Part shown: positions 1 through 10,975 of the stretch, in pieces
Layout of the letters: each line of letters begins with the position of its first letter
Position numbering within the stretch: position 1 is the first letter of the stretch
Notes under the pieces: generated by a model
Databases searched by the model: none
Seen by the model: the letters and a program-made list of their open reading frames with translations, nothing else
What the model was told of the DNA's origin: nothing
Assembly: GCF_000372725.1 (NCBI RefSeq)
Contig: NW_005201412.1
Span: forward strand, 325,643-352,613
Direction: 5' to 3'
DNA: 26,971 nucleotides
From: Emiliania huxleyi CCMP1516
Lineage: Eukaryota
Translations under genes and position numbers: made by a program

Positions 1-1801
1 GGCACTGAGCGCCGCCGCCGCCGCGCGCTTGCGCTCCGCGGCGTGCACCTTTCGCTTCCACCGCCGCTGGCGCTGGTAGCGGTGCATGTCCCTCTCTGCG
101 CGCCGCTCGAACGGCCGCCTCTCCTCCTCGCTCAGCGTCGCGTACTCGCGCCGCAGCAGCTCCGCCACCTCCGCCGCCACGCCGCTGCTCGCAGCCCTCT
201 CTCCGGTGGCCGCCTCGCAATGCCGCTTGTAGATCTGGATGGCGCTCATCGGCGGCACGACGCCGTCGAGCCCGCGCGCGCGGTGCGCCGCGCGCCGCCT
301 CTCCCGCTCGGCCAGCAGCCACGCCGACTCGGCCGCCGACGCCTGCAGGAGGGCTCAGAGAAGCAGCTCAGAAAAGGGTCCCCGCCTCCGCCACGCCGCC
401 TCTGCCGCCGCCGCCTCGGCGCGCAGAGTGCGCACGCCCTCGGCCGTCGAGCGCCAGATGGCGAGGGCCTCGTCGACCTCGTACTGCTCGAGGTCCTCCT
501 CGTCGCCGTCGTCCATCACCACGTGGAAGAGAACCTCGCCATCCCCGACCTCAGTGTGCGTCGCCACCTCCGCCGCGCCCTCGCCGTTGCCCTCGCCGCC
601 GCCGCCCGCGCCTTCGGCGACGCCACCCTCTGCCGAGGCGGCGGCCGCGACGCCAGCCTCGGGGCCCGCGACGCCAGCCTCCGGCCCCGCGAGGCGCGCC
701 TCTGGATCCGCGCCACCGTCGGTCCGCGGGGTTGCCGCAAACGCCGCCGCGGCCTCCGCAGCATCGGTGCCGTTTGCCGCTTCGCCGCCGAACTCCGCCG
801 CTGCGCCGCCGCCCTCCGGGGCTTCGTGGAGCGGCGAGCCGTCGGCGGGTTGGCTGGCGTCTGCCGATGCTGCCGCCGGCGGGTCGGCCGGCGGGTGCGG
901 CTCTTGCGGCGAGGGCGCGGCGGAGGGCGGGAGGGCGGAGGGCGGGAGGGCGGAGGGCGGGAGGGCGGGCAGCCAGCGCGTGATTGTGCCGAGGAAGGGG
1001 CGGCCTCCGCCGATGCCTTGGAAGCGGCGCGCGACGCGAGCGCCGATGAGCTCGTGCCCCGCCTCGAGCCACCTACGGGCGGCCGGTCCTGTCCCTCGCC
1101 GTGCCCCGATGCCCCCCCCCCCCCCCCCCCGGGTAGCTGTGGCGCGCCCTTCCTCCTTGAGGCGAACCGCCTCGGCCTCCGCCTCGGCCGCCTCGGCCGC
1201 CTCCTCGGCCGCCGCCTCGGCCTCGGCTTTCTCCTCCTCGTCGAGCTCGAGCTCGAGCTCCGGGCCCGCCTGCGCCTGCTCTCGGGCGGGGTGGCGAAGG
1301 GGCAGGGCTGGAGCATGGCGCAAAGGCGCGACAGGTGATGAGAGGCCGAGGCACGCGTGCACTATTGAGGGCTCCCGCCTGCTCGAGCGCGCGCTTCCAC
1401 TGCTTTCGCATCGCCTTGGACTTGCCCGAGTACGGCATCTTGGCCGCGTACTCGTCCGCCCGCTCCGCAAACGGCACCATCGTGCCGTCGCAGCTGACCG
1501 TCGCAAAGTCGCGGCAGTCGCCAAAGGTTGTGCCGCAGAAGCGCACGCGCGCCTTCCATGCGGCGGCCGCCGCCTCGCCGCCGGGCACGCCTCCTGCGCT
1601 CGCCCCATCGCCGCCCTCGGCGGCCCCGGCCTCGTCGACCGCTGCCGGAGCCGAGCGCTGCTCGAGGCGGCGCACGCGGGCCGGCCACCACGGGAAGCCG
1701 GGCAACTTGGCCCAGACGAGCTCGCCGCGGCGGAACGGCTCGGCGCTCTGCACGGCGCCCTCGGCGGGCGATGGAGCCGGCGTGAGGATGGAGTCGGGCA
1801 T
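1..1801 (-). CDS. PWWP + Tudor-like + HMG-box chromatin-associated protein (spliced; 3' end runs off the window)
   Basis: ATG at 1801. Exon 1801-1379 encodes PWWP 'FRRGELVWAKLPGFPWWPARV'. GC-AG intron 1378-1276. Exon ~1275-400 (may hide more introns) has a split Tudor-like motif 'LIGARVARRF..GTITRW...LFHVVMDDGDEEDLEQYEV'. GC-AG intron ~399-343. Last exon, translated by hand, gives HMG-box-like 'PPMSAIQIY...VAELLRREYATLSEEERRPFERRAERDMHRYQRQ'. Confidence 0.85.
921..968. repeat. 15-bp tandem repeat (CGGAGGGCGGGAGGG) x~3
   Basis: Directly visible; reads (LPPSA)n on the minus strand or lies in a cryptic intron. Confidence 0.8.
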
Positions 1802-2020
1802 TGCTTCAGCCGCTACCCAATATGCCCCTCTCTAGCAACGCGGGAAAGATTAGTTTGCACGTCAGCTTTTCTTCTTTTTCTGGGAGCGCTCTGATTAAAT
1901 ACGGCGTCGCTGTCGATTGGCCATCGGCTGCCGCTGTGCTGCTGCGGGCAGCTGCACGTGACACCACACCCGCGCTTGTCCGCGGCGAGAAACATTCCGA
2001 CCCCGTTGTCTGGCAGCCAC

Positions 2021-3876
2021 ATGCAGCCCGCTGAGGACATCACCGCCGTTCTTGGCGTCACCGCCCTGTGCGCTTTCCTGTTTCTCTACGAGGCGGCGCC
2101 TTGGAAGAAGGCGGCGGCCAACGCCGGTCGGACAGTGGAAGCGCCGCCACCGCTGCCGCCTCACAGCCCGACGCCACCGCCGGGGTCAACGCCATCGGAG
2201 CCGGACGGGACGGAGCGCATGTCGGAGATGTTTACTTCCGGAAAGGACTGGGACCCCTTCACGCCGGCGGAGCTCGCCGTGCTCGCAAAAGTGCATGAGC
2301 GGCTCGGCCCCGCCCTCGCCGACGTGCCGGTCGATTTGCTCGCGCAGTTTGTCCGGTCCGCGCCGCACACCGCGTCGGGCGAACCGTGCGTGGGCGAGCG
2401 GCTCGAGGCGGCGCTCGCGTGGCGCGCGCGAGAGGGTGTCGACCAGCTCGTGCAGGCGCCGCCGGTCGGGAGGGACGAGTTCGAGTGGCTAATGCCCGCG
2501 GCGCGACGCCTCCGAGACGCGTCCGACTCCTGAGAGGCAACTCTCCCACCCCCGGCCTCCGGCCTCAGGGCTGCGTCGGCCACGACCGCGAAGGGCGACC
2601 CGTGATCCTCGAGCGGCCAGGCCGAGACCGGCAGGCTGTGCTGGCGGCGCTGGCGGCGATGAGCGCCGAAGAGTTTGTGCGGCAGCAGGCGAGGAGGGAG
2701 GCGCAGCCCCGCTCGGCGAGGCCTCAGCCTCACGTGGCGGGGTCCGCTGCAGGTGTGCTCCAAGGAGTGCATACGCCACTTCCTCGGCGCCGCCAGCCGG
2801 AGGCGCGGGCGGCGCATCTCCAAGTTTGTGTCTGTGATTGACGCGGGCGGGATCGGGCGGCACCACTTCGACCGGCGCAACGTCGCATTCTTCAAGGCGA
2901 GAGAGAGAGGCAGAGACAGAGGCAGAGAGAGGGAGGCAGAGGCTGAGAGAGGCAGAGAGAGAGGGGGGGCGGCTGAGAGCGCCTCGCTGCTCTCTACGTG
3001 GACGGCTGCCCTCTCCTCCCCGAGGCCTTCGCCGAGGTGTCCTCGGCAAACTACCCGGACTGCCTCGAGCGCTTGTTCGTCGTGCGCGCCCCGTACCTGA
3101 TGACTGCCCTCTGGGCGCTCCTGCGGCCGCTCCTCCACCCCGTCACCGCGGCCAAGGTGAGCATCCGAAGTAGCAAGGCGCTCGCTGCGTGACGCGATAA
3201 ACGTTTGTCGACAACGGCCAAAGGTGAGCATCCTCGGCGGCGACTACGCGGCGGCGCTCGAGGCGGACGGCGTCAGCCTGCCGTCGGGCAAGCTGCCCGA
3301 GAGCGACGAGCTCGAGGGGTGGGTTGCGTCGACGCGCCGCCTGCTGGCCGCCGCACGAGCAGAGGCAGAGGCCGTCCTCTCCCGCCCCCGCCCTCCACCC
3401 GCCCCGCCTCGAGGCTGCGTCTCGGCGCCTCACCACCACTGCCCCCCCTCCCGGCGCCAGGCAGGGGAGTCGCCTTCCCTCGCGGAGGGGGTGCTGCCGC
3501 CCGCAGACGCACGCGCGATCCGGCAGCTGCTCGCCGCTCCTCGCGCAACGCCCGCCGCGAGGAGGCCTTCGCCGCGAGAGCGCGCACCGCCGGCGGAGGT
3601 GGCGAAGGGCGAGGGCGCGCCGCCGGACTCGCTCTGTCGAAAAGAGGAGCAGGAGGCTCGGCTTGCGCCGGCGTCCGTCCTCGTGGGCCCCGTGCATGCA
3701 ACCGTCGACTCGGCTCGCTCGCAGAGCAGATTGCGCGAGGAGGCGCAAGCAGCGCGTCTGACGTCGCCCCGTCCCGTGGCCTCTTGCAGGCTGCAGCGTG
3801 GCTGGCGGCATTGGCGGCGCGGCTGGCGATCTGCGTTGAGGGCGGAGGGAGCCAGCGCAGCCCCGTGCCGGCTTGA
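2021..3876 (+). CDS. CRAL-TRIO (Sec14-like) lipid-binding protein with N-terminal hydrophobic segment (spliced; 3' end uncertain)
   Basis: Phase-0 exons 2021-2500, 2569-2688, 2753-2896, 3025-3156 and 3224 onward. They encode 'GHDREGRPVILERPG', 'FVSVIDAGG' and 'NYPDCLERLFVVRAPYLMTALWALLRPLLHPVTAAKVSIL', all Sec14 hallmarks. Three GC donors and one GT donor. The stop is 3876 if a last intron ends at 3789, otherwise 4159. Confidence 0.8.
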
Positions 3877-3934
3877 CGCACGTGCATGTGTCAAAGTGCC
3901 CCGTTCGCATGTTGAGAGCGGTGTGTGTGCGGAT

Positions 3935-5263
3935 TTGAGCGACACGTACCTTAGTCCTTACAGAATCCGCGACAAAAACGATCCCCCCAAAAGAAAAAAG
4001 TTCATAGAGGACCGCGCGCGTTTTATTGGATATTGCGACGTAAGCCGTAAGGTATACTCTCTATGTCGCGCCGCGCCCGCGGTGCCGGTGGCCGGTGTGC
4101 AAGCATTCGTCCGAGCAGCGAGCTCTCACGCCGCGCGTAGGGCCCTTCGAGGGGGCTAGAGAGCACACAACCCCCTGCCTCTCCCTTTTCTCCCAGTAAG
4201 CTAAACGCGACGTACGGATATGCCATATCGATACCTGATCGAGATATACTCGTTGGTGAGATTACTGCGGTTCTCGGGTGTGGGCCCGCACAGCTCAGGA
4301 CACATTATACACATCATTTTGTTAGTTGAGAGCCGTTGCACATACGACAAAAGCACGTCGCGCCCGAGCCCCGCGGCGTGGGCCAGCGGGGCGTGGCGTG
4401 TATGAACACTATGAACACTGTCAGTGCTAAGTGTCACTGACTCTTTGCGCGATATGCGAATGGGCTGATGCGCGTGGCCATGAGCTGAGTGCTCTTACGT
4501 TGACGTTCCGACGTCCATTCTCGGGTGGCCGCTCCGAATCGGCTCCGCGAGCGCAGGCAAAGCCCACAGCGGCAGTCAGAACTGGCAAGCCCGCGGGGCA
4601 GGTTAGGTCAGCAATTGAGCGATACCGCGTACGGCGCGTACCTTAGTCCTTACAGAATCCGCGACAAAAACGATCCCCCCCAAAAGAAAAAAGTTCATAG
4701 AGGACCGCGCGCGTTTTATTGGATATTGCGACGTTAACGTACTCTATCGCCGTGCAAATTCGTCCGAGCAGCGAGCTCTCACGCCGCGCGTAGGGCCCTT
4801 CGAGGGGGCTAGAGAGCACACAACCCCCTGCCTCTCCCTTTTCTCCCAGTAAGCTAAACGCGACGTACGGATATGCCATATCGATACCTGATCGACACTC
4901 GTTGGCGAGATTACTGCGGTTCTCGGGTGTGGGCCCGCACAGCTCAGGACACATTATACACATCATTTTGTTAGTTGAGAGCCGTTGCACATACGACAAA
5001 AGCACGTCACGCCCGAGCCCCGCGGCGTGGGCCAGCGGGGCGTGGCGTGTATGAACACTATGAACACTGTCAGTGCTAAGTGTCACTGACTCTTTGCGCG
5101 ATATGCGAATGGGCTGATGCGCGTGGCCATGAGCTGAGTGCTCTTACGTTGACGTTCCGACGTCCATTCTCGGGTGGCCGCTCCGAATCGGCTCCGCGAG
5201 CGCAGGCAAAGCCCACAGCGGCAGTCAGAACTGGCAGGCCCGCGGGGCAGGTTAGGTCAGCAA
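3935..5263. repeat. Head-to-tail tandem duplication of a ~650-680-bp non-coding unit (3935-4614, 4615-5263)
   Basis: Both copies start TTGAGCGA and end GGTTAGGTCAGCAA; near-identical apart from a few SNPs and indels; lower GC than the flanking genes. Confidence 0.92.
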
Positions 5264-5331
5264 AGGCCGCGTGCCGTCCACACGCCCGTCGTGCGGCTCG
5301 TGCCACATCGCGGGCCGCGCGGCGTCAGCCG

Positions 5332-6405
5332 TCACTTGCCATGGAAGGGCAGCGTCCACAGGCCCAGTCCGACCCTTTCATCAGCGGGATACTCCTCGCT
5401 CCACCAGGCGAGGGGTGGCGGCAGCGAGAAGGGAGGCTTTGTGAGGTCCTGTGGGTGCGCGATAGAGGGCGAGCGATCAGGTCGAATTGGGCGCACTCCC
5501 CGTCACCACTCTCTCTCCCTCGGCGCCTGAGGGCGGTAGCCCGCCGACGCGCACGGGAGGTCCGTGTTCTCAAATCCCGGACCGGTGGTGAAGGTGGTGA
5601 GTAGGGCCAGCTTGGCGCCCGAGCGGGAGATGAGGCCGAGCTCGTGTGCCACGTCGCGGTCACATTGATGCTGCATCTGCCGCAGGCGGAGATGGAAGTC
5701 GGCTACGGGCAAGTGCTCTCATCGCCTCTTTGCAATCTATCCAGCGCGACGCACCATCTGCCGCGAGAAGACGAGCTCCGCTTTCGGAAGCTCCTGCAGC
5801 GCCGCGGCGTCCGCGAGCAGGAACGTGGTTGCGTTGTCAGCAAGGGACCGGTTCGCCGCCGCCACAAGGCCCGGCAGGATCTCCAGGCCAGTGTAATTGA
5901 CCTGTCATTCAACGTGGAAGCGTGTGGACGTGCGCGGCGCGTTGCGTCGCGGCGGCAGTCGCAGCGGCAGTCGCGGCGGCAGTCGCGGCGGCAGTCGCGG
6001 CGGCAGTCGCGGCGGCAGTCGCGGCGGCAGTCGCGGCGGCAGTCGCGGCGGCAGTCGCGGCGGCAGTCGCGGCGGCAGTCGCGGCGGCAGTCAACACACC
6101 TTCATTGACGCGCGCAACCAGCGGAGAGCGGTGCGAGTGAAGCAGAGGTCACCAAAAGGCACATCCAGATATGAACGAATGCGGAACTGGCGGACTAGCC
6201 ACACAAGTCTCGCGGCGGCGGCCCGTCCTTGCCCTGTCGGTACGTCCGACCAGCCCGAGGAGCAGGCAGCGTCGTCAGCTCCGCCAACCCATCGGCCCTC
6301 ATCGTACGCTGCCTGCATCGCGGCGAGGCGCGAGCCGGCTGGCGGGGTTGCCGCCGCGAGCAGCGCGGCTGGAAGGGTCAGGAGGAGGAGCTTTGGGCTT
6401 GACAT
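5332..6405 (-). CDS. Class I SAM-dependent methyltransferase with signal peptide (4 exons, ~239 aa)
   Basis: Phase-0 exons 6405-6100, 5901-5755, 5676-5527 and 5448-5332 join into one ORF. N-terminus 'MSSPKLLLLTLPAALLAA'; motif I 'YLDVPFGD'; beta-2 'YTGLEI'; then 'FLLADAAALQELPKAELVFSRQMMQH' and C-terminal 'DLTKPPFSLPPP...LGLW'. Confidence 0.85.
5946..6092. repeat. 12-bp minisatellite (GTCGCGGCGGCA) x12 in methyltransferase intron 1
   Basis: Directly visible; one variant unit. Confidence 0.95.
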
Positions 6406-6652
6406 TGTGGTGGCAGGTCAGACGTCGTGTCTTGATTGAGCACTTGAGCACTGGATAGGGATGTCAAGCCCGTCATACGCGGGTTCGATCGACACACTTT
6501 CCTTTTTACCGCCGTGTTACACTGACAGAAAGAAAAGGGAGCGCGGCCTTGGGATTTCTTTTTAGGCGCGGGCGGGCTATGTGGCCCTGCTTTTCGCTGC
6601 ATGCTCGAGCCCTCGGCGAGGGCTGAATGCAGGCGTGGTCTGTACTCGCCAG

Positions 6653-8204
6653 ATGTGGCCCCTCCTGCAGGCGCTCGGCGCACTGCTCGTCCTGTTTGGC
6701 ATCTTCACGCACGCTCGCCGGCTGTCCGCCTCACTCAGCGACGACGTTGACCTGCTGCCGAGGGGAGCGGCGCTGCTAGACCCGTCTCACGCACAGCATG
6801 CCGCCATTGTGCGGCTGCCCTCCTTCCTCAGCGCGGCCGAGATTGGTGTGCTCGAGGTAGCCGCCAGCGACCATCGCTCGAGCCACCCGGACTCCGGCTT
6901 CACGCTCTACCTCCAATCCGGCGGCCTGTCTGCGTCTGTGGACGCCATCGTGCAGCGAATCCACGAGCAGGTGCGAAGGATCGACGTCGAATCGTGGGGT
7001 CTGAACGCAGTCCACGACCTGGAGGGCGTTGCCGGGGCGCGCTTCAGCGCCTCTGGCTCGTCGAGCGAGAGCGACGCCTCGGCAGACAGCGGCGGGTCGA
7101 GTAGTTGCTCTGCCAGCTACTCTGTTGACGGGTCGATGCGTGCGAGGCGGTCAGCTGCTCGGGAAGGCGCCGCGTGAAGCGCGCTCCCTCAGTGCCGTGG
7201 CGGCGCGAGTAGGACAGTCGAGTTCCATGAGTACGGCAGCGGCAAGCGGCAGGCGCGGGCGGCGAGAGGAGAGAGGGAGAGAGATAGAGAGGGGGGGGGG
7301 AGAGGGAGGAGGGGGGAGAGGGTATGGCATGCTTGGCGCTCCCTCTGCTCGCCGACACTCCTTTCCAAGGGCGCTCTCAGCGCGCGCGTGCCTGCTGCAG
7401 GTCTGCGCCAGCCACTGCGACCACGGCTCGCTCTTCACCGCCGACGTGCCTCCGCCGCACGGTTGGCTTCCCGCCCCCACCTCTCCGCCTCACCCTCGGC
7501 ACGCCTCTGCTGCAGGTGATGCTCAGCTGCACGGGCGACTTCACGGGCGGACGCTTCTCGACGACGACGGCGAGGCAGGGCCAGGCGCGGCGGTAGACGC
7601 GCAGCACACACGACCCGAGCAGCTCGCACGTCTCGACTGCCTCACCCTCCGCCGCACCGCGCCTCCCTACCGCTCCCGGCCACTCCCGGCCCCTCCCGGC
7701 TAGGCGCCCGTCGACACGGAGCACGACTTTGAGCGAGGCGCGAGCAGCGCACACACACCGCTCCCCGCCCGCACGCCTCGCCCGCACGCCTCGCCCGCAC
7801 GCCTCGCCCGCACCTCCCAGCGTCCTGCACCTCCCAGCGTCCTCCTTGCGCCGCTGGGCGAGGTTTGCCTAGAGGTGGAGGGGTGGAAAGAAGCAGGAAG
7901 GGAGGCGGGTCCCGAGGGTCGTCGGCGAGGCACCCCTCCTCCTGTCCTGGCAGGCGACATGCTCGTCTTCCCGGCGCACAAGCCCCACTCGGTGAGCCGC
8001 GTCACGAGCGGCTGCCGCGCCGTCTTTGTCGTCGAGTTCTGGCGCGGCCCTGCGTGCACCTGCAACCAGCGCTGCATGGGGCGGTGCGCGGCGGGGCGGA
8101 AAGACCATGGGAGTCACGGGCCCTCGGGCCGCCGCCGCCGCCAGCCGCGAGCCGTTCCACCGCAGCCGCTCCTCGCCGCTCGTCCAGGCGCGGCGCGCAG
8201 CTAG
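6653..8204 (+). CDS. 2OG-Fe(II) oxygenase (prolyl-4-hydroxylase-like fold) with N-terminal signal/anchor (spliced)
   Basis: N-terminus 'MWPLLQALGALLVLFGIF', then 'IVRLPSFLSAAEI'. Later exons give 'VEFHEY', HxD 'SHCDHGSLFTADVMLS..DFTGGRF' and distal His/Arg 'GDMLVFPAHKPHSVSRVTSGCRAVFVVEFW'. Some exon limits are approximate. Confidence 0.8.
7768..7812. repeat. 13-bp tandem repeat (CGCCCGCACGCCT) x~3.5, intronic
   Basis: Directly visible. Confidence 0.75.
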
Positions 8205-8890
8205 CCCCTGTGTGTGGCTTGGTGTGTGTCTGATGTCTCAGTCTGAGTCTCCGAGCAGTGGCGGAGTGCTATGTCGTGTAATGGACTGATGCAAATGCCG
8301 GCACGTGCGCGTCCCCCGCGCCCGGCGCCGCGCGCAGCCCCTAGCGCTCTCTCTCGGTGGACAAGCGCTGGAACGCCTGTGTGAAGCTGGCCACATCGCA
8401 TTGCGGACGACTCTGATCTCTGTGGACTGTGCATCGACCGGACGTGGGAACGCGATCCGCGCGACCGCGAGATTCCGAGAATCGTAAGCAATCGAGTTCG
8501 AGATCTTCATCTTGACGAGATGCCGCTTGAAGCTTGAGCGGAGATCGACCTCGCCTCCATCGTCCATGTTCGCGTGGTAGTCTAAGTCTTTTTTGAATTA
8601 ACTAGTGGTAGTCAGCTCGTACCATGTACGGTCTCGTAGTAACTAGAGTATACCGCGCGCGAACCCCTACCTCCGAGCGGGGCACGCGCGCGTTACGCGT
8701 ACGGCGTAGTCCGTACATGTAGAGAGGGAAGGGACAAACCCGCCTCTTAAGACACATCTGTAAGTCTGGTGCACTGGCAGGAGCCATACTCGCATAGGGG
8801 GCGCGTGCTAGCTGACTGTAGCCAGCTTCCCGGCCTCCGGCGTCTACCGGGAGCCTCCCCCCGGACCATCGACCTCGGGAGCTCTCCCGC

Positions 8891-9024
8891 ACCGTTTAAG
8901 CGTTTAAGACCGTTTAAGGAATCGGCGGCCCAGCAGCTCTTAAAAAACCTGCCCGGGCAGGTTTTAAGCCGTTTAAGCCGCAGGCGCCCCAGGGCCCACC
9001 CTTTTAAGCCTAGGGGTACCCTAA
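8891..9024. repeat. Cluster of (CG)TTTAAG direct repeats around a 22-bp perfect palindrome
   Basis: TTTAAG occurs six times; AAAACCTGCCCGGGCAGGTTTT at 8944-8965. Confidence 0.8.
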
Positions 9025-9699
9025 GAGCAGTACGGGGTACTAGGAACCGTTATGATGTATCTTATTCCGGGGCCGGTGTGCGGGGAGTGAACCTTAACGA
9101 CCGCCCAGAAGCTTTCTGAACCCGAACGAATCGGGCGAGGATCATCAGCATATGTCCCCTCCACAACATCGTGGGCGTTTGAGCGGTATTTGAGGAGCAC
9201 CGCCACCCTGAAGTTCGGCCGGAGGTGGTCTGCAGACCCCCCCCGCCGGACGCCGGAGCAGCAGAGGCTCCGTGGGGTCGCAAGTAGACGCTGGGAGTCG
9301 CACTCGTCAAACCGTCGGTGAGAAAGTAAAGGAAACTGACGACGAGAGACCTGCAAGCCGACTGTGGCCTCTCTCTACGTTAGCGCTGCTGCAGGGCAAT
9401 AAAACCAGACACGCCCCGGCGCGCCCCACCTCTCCTGCGCACTGACTCCGCTGTCGCGCGCACGTGGGGAGGTGTTTGCGCGGCGCCCCCGCGCGCACAC
9501 AAAGCATGCTCACAGTGCCAAGGCTGACGATGTACGAGGGGGGAGGGGGCGGAGAGGGGAGAGGGGAGAGGGGGAGGGGCGGAGAGGGGAGAGGGGAGAG
9601 AGGGGAGCGGGGAGAGACCCAACAGACGTGCACATCGGGCAAGGACACAGAGAGGTGTACGGTAGGGCGGCCGCGGTCGGGCGCTCCAGCGTCGGCGGC

Positions 9700-10567
9700 T
9701 CAGTTGGTCATAACCTTGATGTCCATGATCTGCTCGGTGCCGCACGCCGCCTGCACAATGACGTAAAAGTCCTTCTCCTCCGCAAGGTGCTCCCTGATCT
9801 TCTTGGAGAGCTCGTCGGCGCCGGGCGGGGGCTGCGCCATCGCCTCAGGAATCTTGAGGTCCTCGCGCGTGTTGCCCTCAGCGTCCAAGACGGTGATGAA
9901 GCCGTCCTCGTCGACGTCCATCGCCTGGTACTCGATCTTCTTGACGAAGGGAGCGTAGGTCGTGTGCGACGCAGGCACGAGGTCCTCAATCTGCGAGCGA
10001 GGGCGAGGCGGGGCGGACCGCTCAGCGAGTCGCGCGCACAGCCGCGGGGGCGGCCGGGCGGTGGGAGCTCTCTCTCTTTGGCAGGCGGCGAGAGGCGGGG
10101 ACGGCGAGAGGCGGGGACGGCCAGGCCGGACAGACGCCACGTGCCAGCCCCTGGCGAGTGTCGGAACGGCCAGAGAGGCGAGCTTGGCGGCGGGCGGCGG
10201 GCGGCGGCGAGGTGCGGCGCGCCTTCTTGCCAGTGAAGATGTCGATGGCCACGAAGTGGCACTTGGCGTGGCCGTGCTTGCCGGTCTTCGAGCTGGTGAC
10301 GTCGGACACCTTGCACGGGCGGCCCTGCGACAGGCAGCTGGTGGCTCGAGGCGGTGCCGCTCGCGGCTCGCAAGGCTGGGTGACATCGCGAGGACAGCTC
10401 CGCTCTGCTGACGCGGCGCGCTGCACGCGATCTGCAGCCGGCGGCGGGCGGGCGCGCGCCTTGATCATGATGAAGCCACCCTTGCGGATCTGGCCCGCCT
10501 CAATCGGGTACGACTCGGAGGCGCCAGACTCCGTGCTCTCGAACACCTGGTCCGGGTCGTCAGCCAT
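9700..10567 (-). CDS. eIF5A: Eukaryotic translation factor eIF5A (3 coding exons, ~166 aa)
   Basis: Exons 10567-10460, 10324-10223 and 9990-9700 with two GC-AG introns. Hypusine-site motif 'SKTGKHGHAK'; also 'RKGGFIMIKGRPCKV', 'IDIFTGKK' and 'GNTREDLK'. A probable 5'UTR intron lies at ~10819-10582. Confidence 0.97.
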
Positions 10568-10975
10568 TGCCGAGGGGTGTCCTGCGCGGGGCGGGCTGCG
10601 GGCCGGTGAATGCGGCAGCGGGAGCTCAGAACCTCTCTGCGTGTGTCAACACTGCGCCAGCGCCGCAGGCCGGCCGGCGCGGCGCGACGGCAGCAGGTCC
10701 GACGCCGCGCCGCCGTGGTGGGCCGACGGCGCGGCCCGCAGAGGCGAGCCGGGCAGACCGCCGCGCCGGCCCGTCTCTGGTTTTGGGCGCTCTCGGGTTT
10801 TGGGCGCTCTGCCGCGCGCCTTGCAAAGCTGACGCGTGCAGGTCCTCGTGCGAAAAATAACACCGCCCATTGTCGATGTCTGGCCGGGCTTCTCGGAGAG
10901 GGGAGCGCGGGCTTGCTCTTGCAGGTATGGCGCGAGCGGCGAGCGCTGAGCAAATAGCGCACGGGCCCTCAGCGG

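Noticed and set aside
43..1894. Long plus-strand ORFs (431 and 551 aa)
   Set aside because: Antisense shadows of the GC-rich PWWP gene; low complexity, no motifs.
5946..6092. Regular repeat array as CRISPR or a poly-Ala/SRRQ protein
   Set aside because: No spacers; it is an intronic minisatellite.
8238..8567. 109-aa minus-strand ORF (MDDGGEVDLR...)
   Set aside because: Somewhat coding-like, but no recognisable family or splice structure.
8602..8646. Hairpin + CTAG resembling a Helitron 3' end
   Set aside because: The stem is only 5 bp and no 5' terminus was identified.
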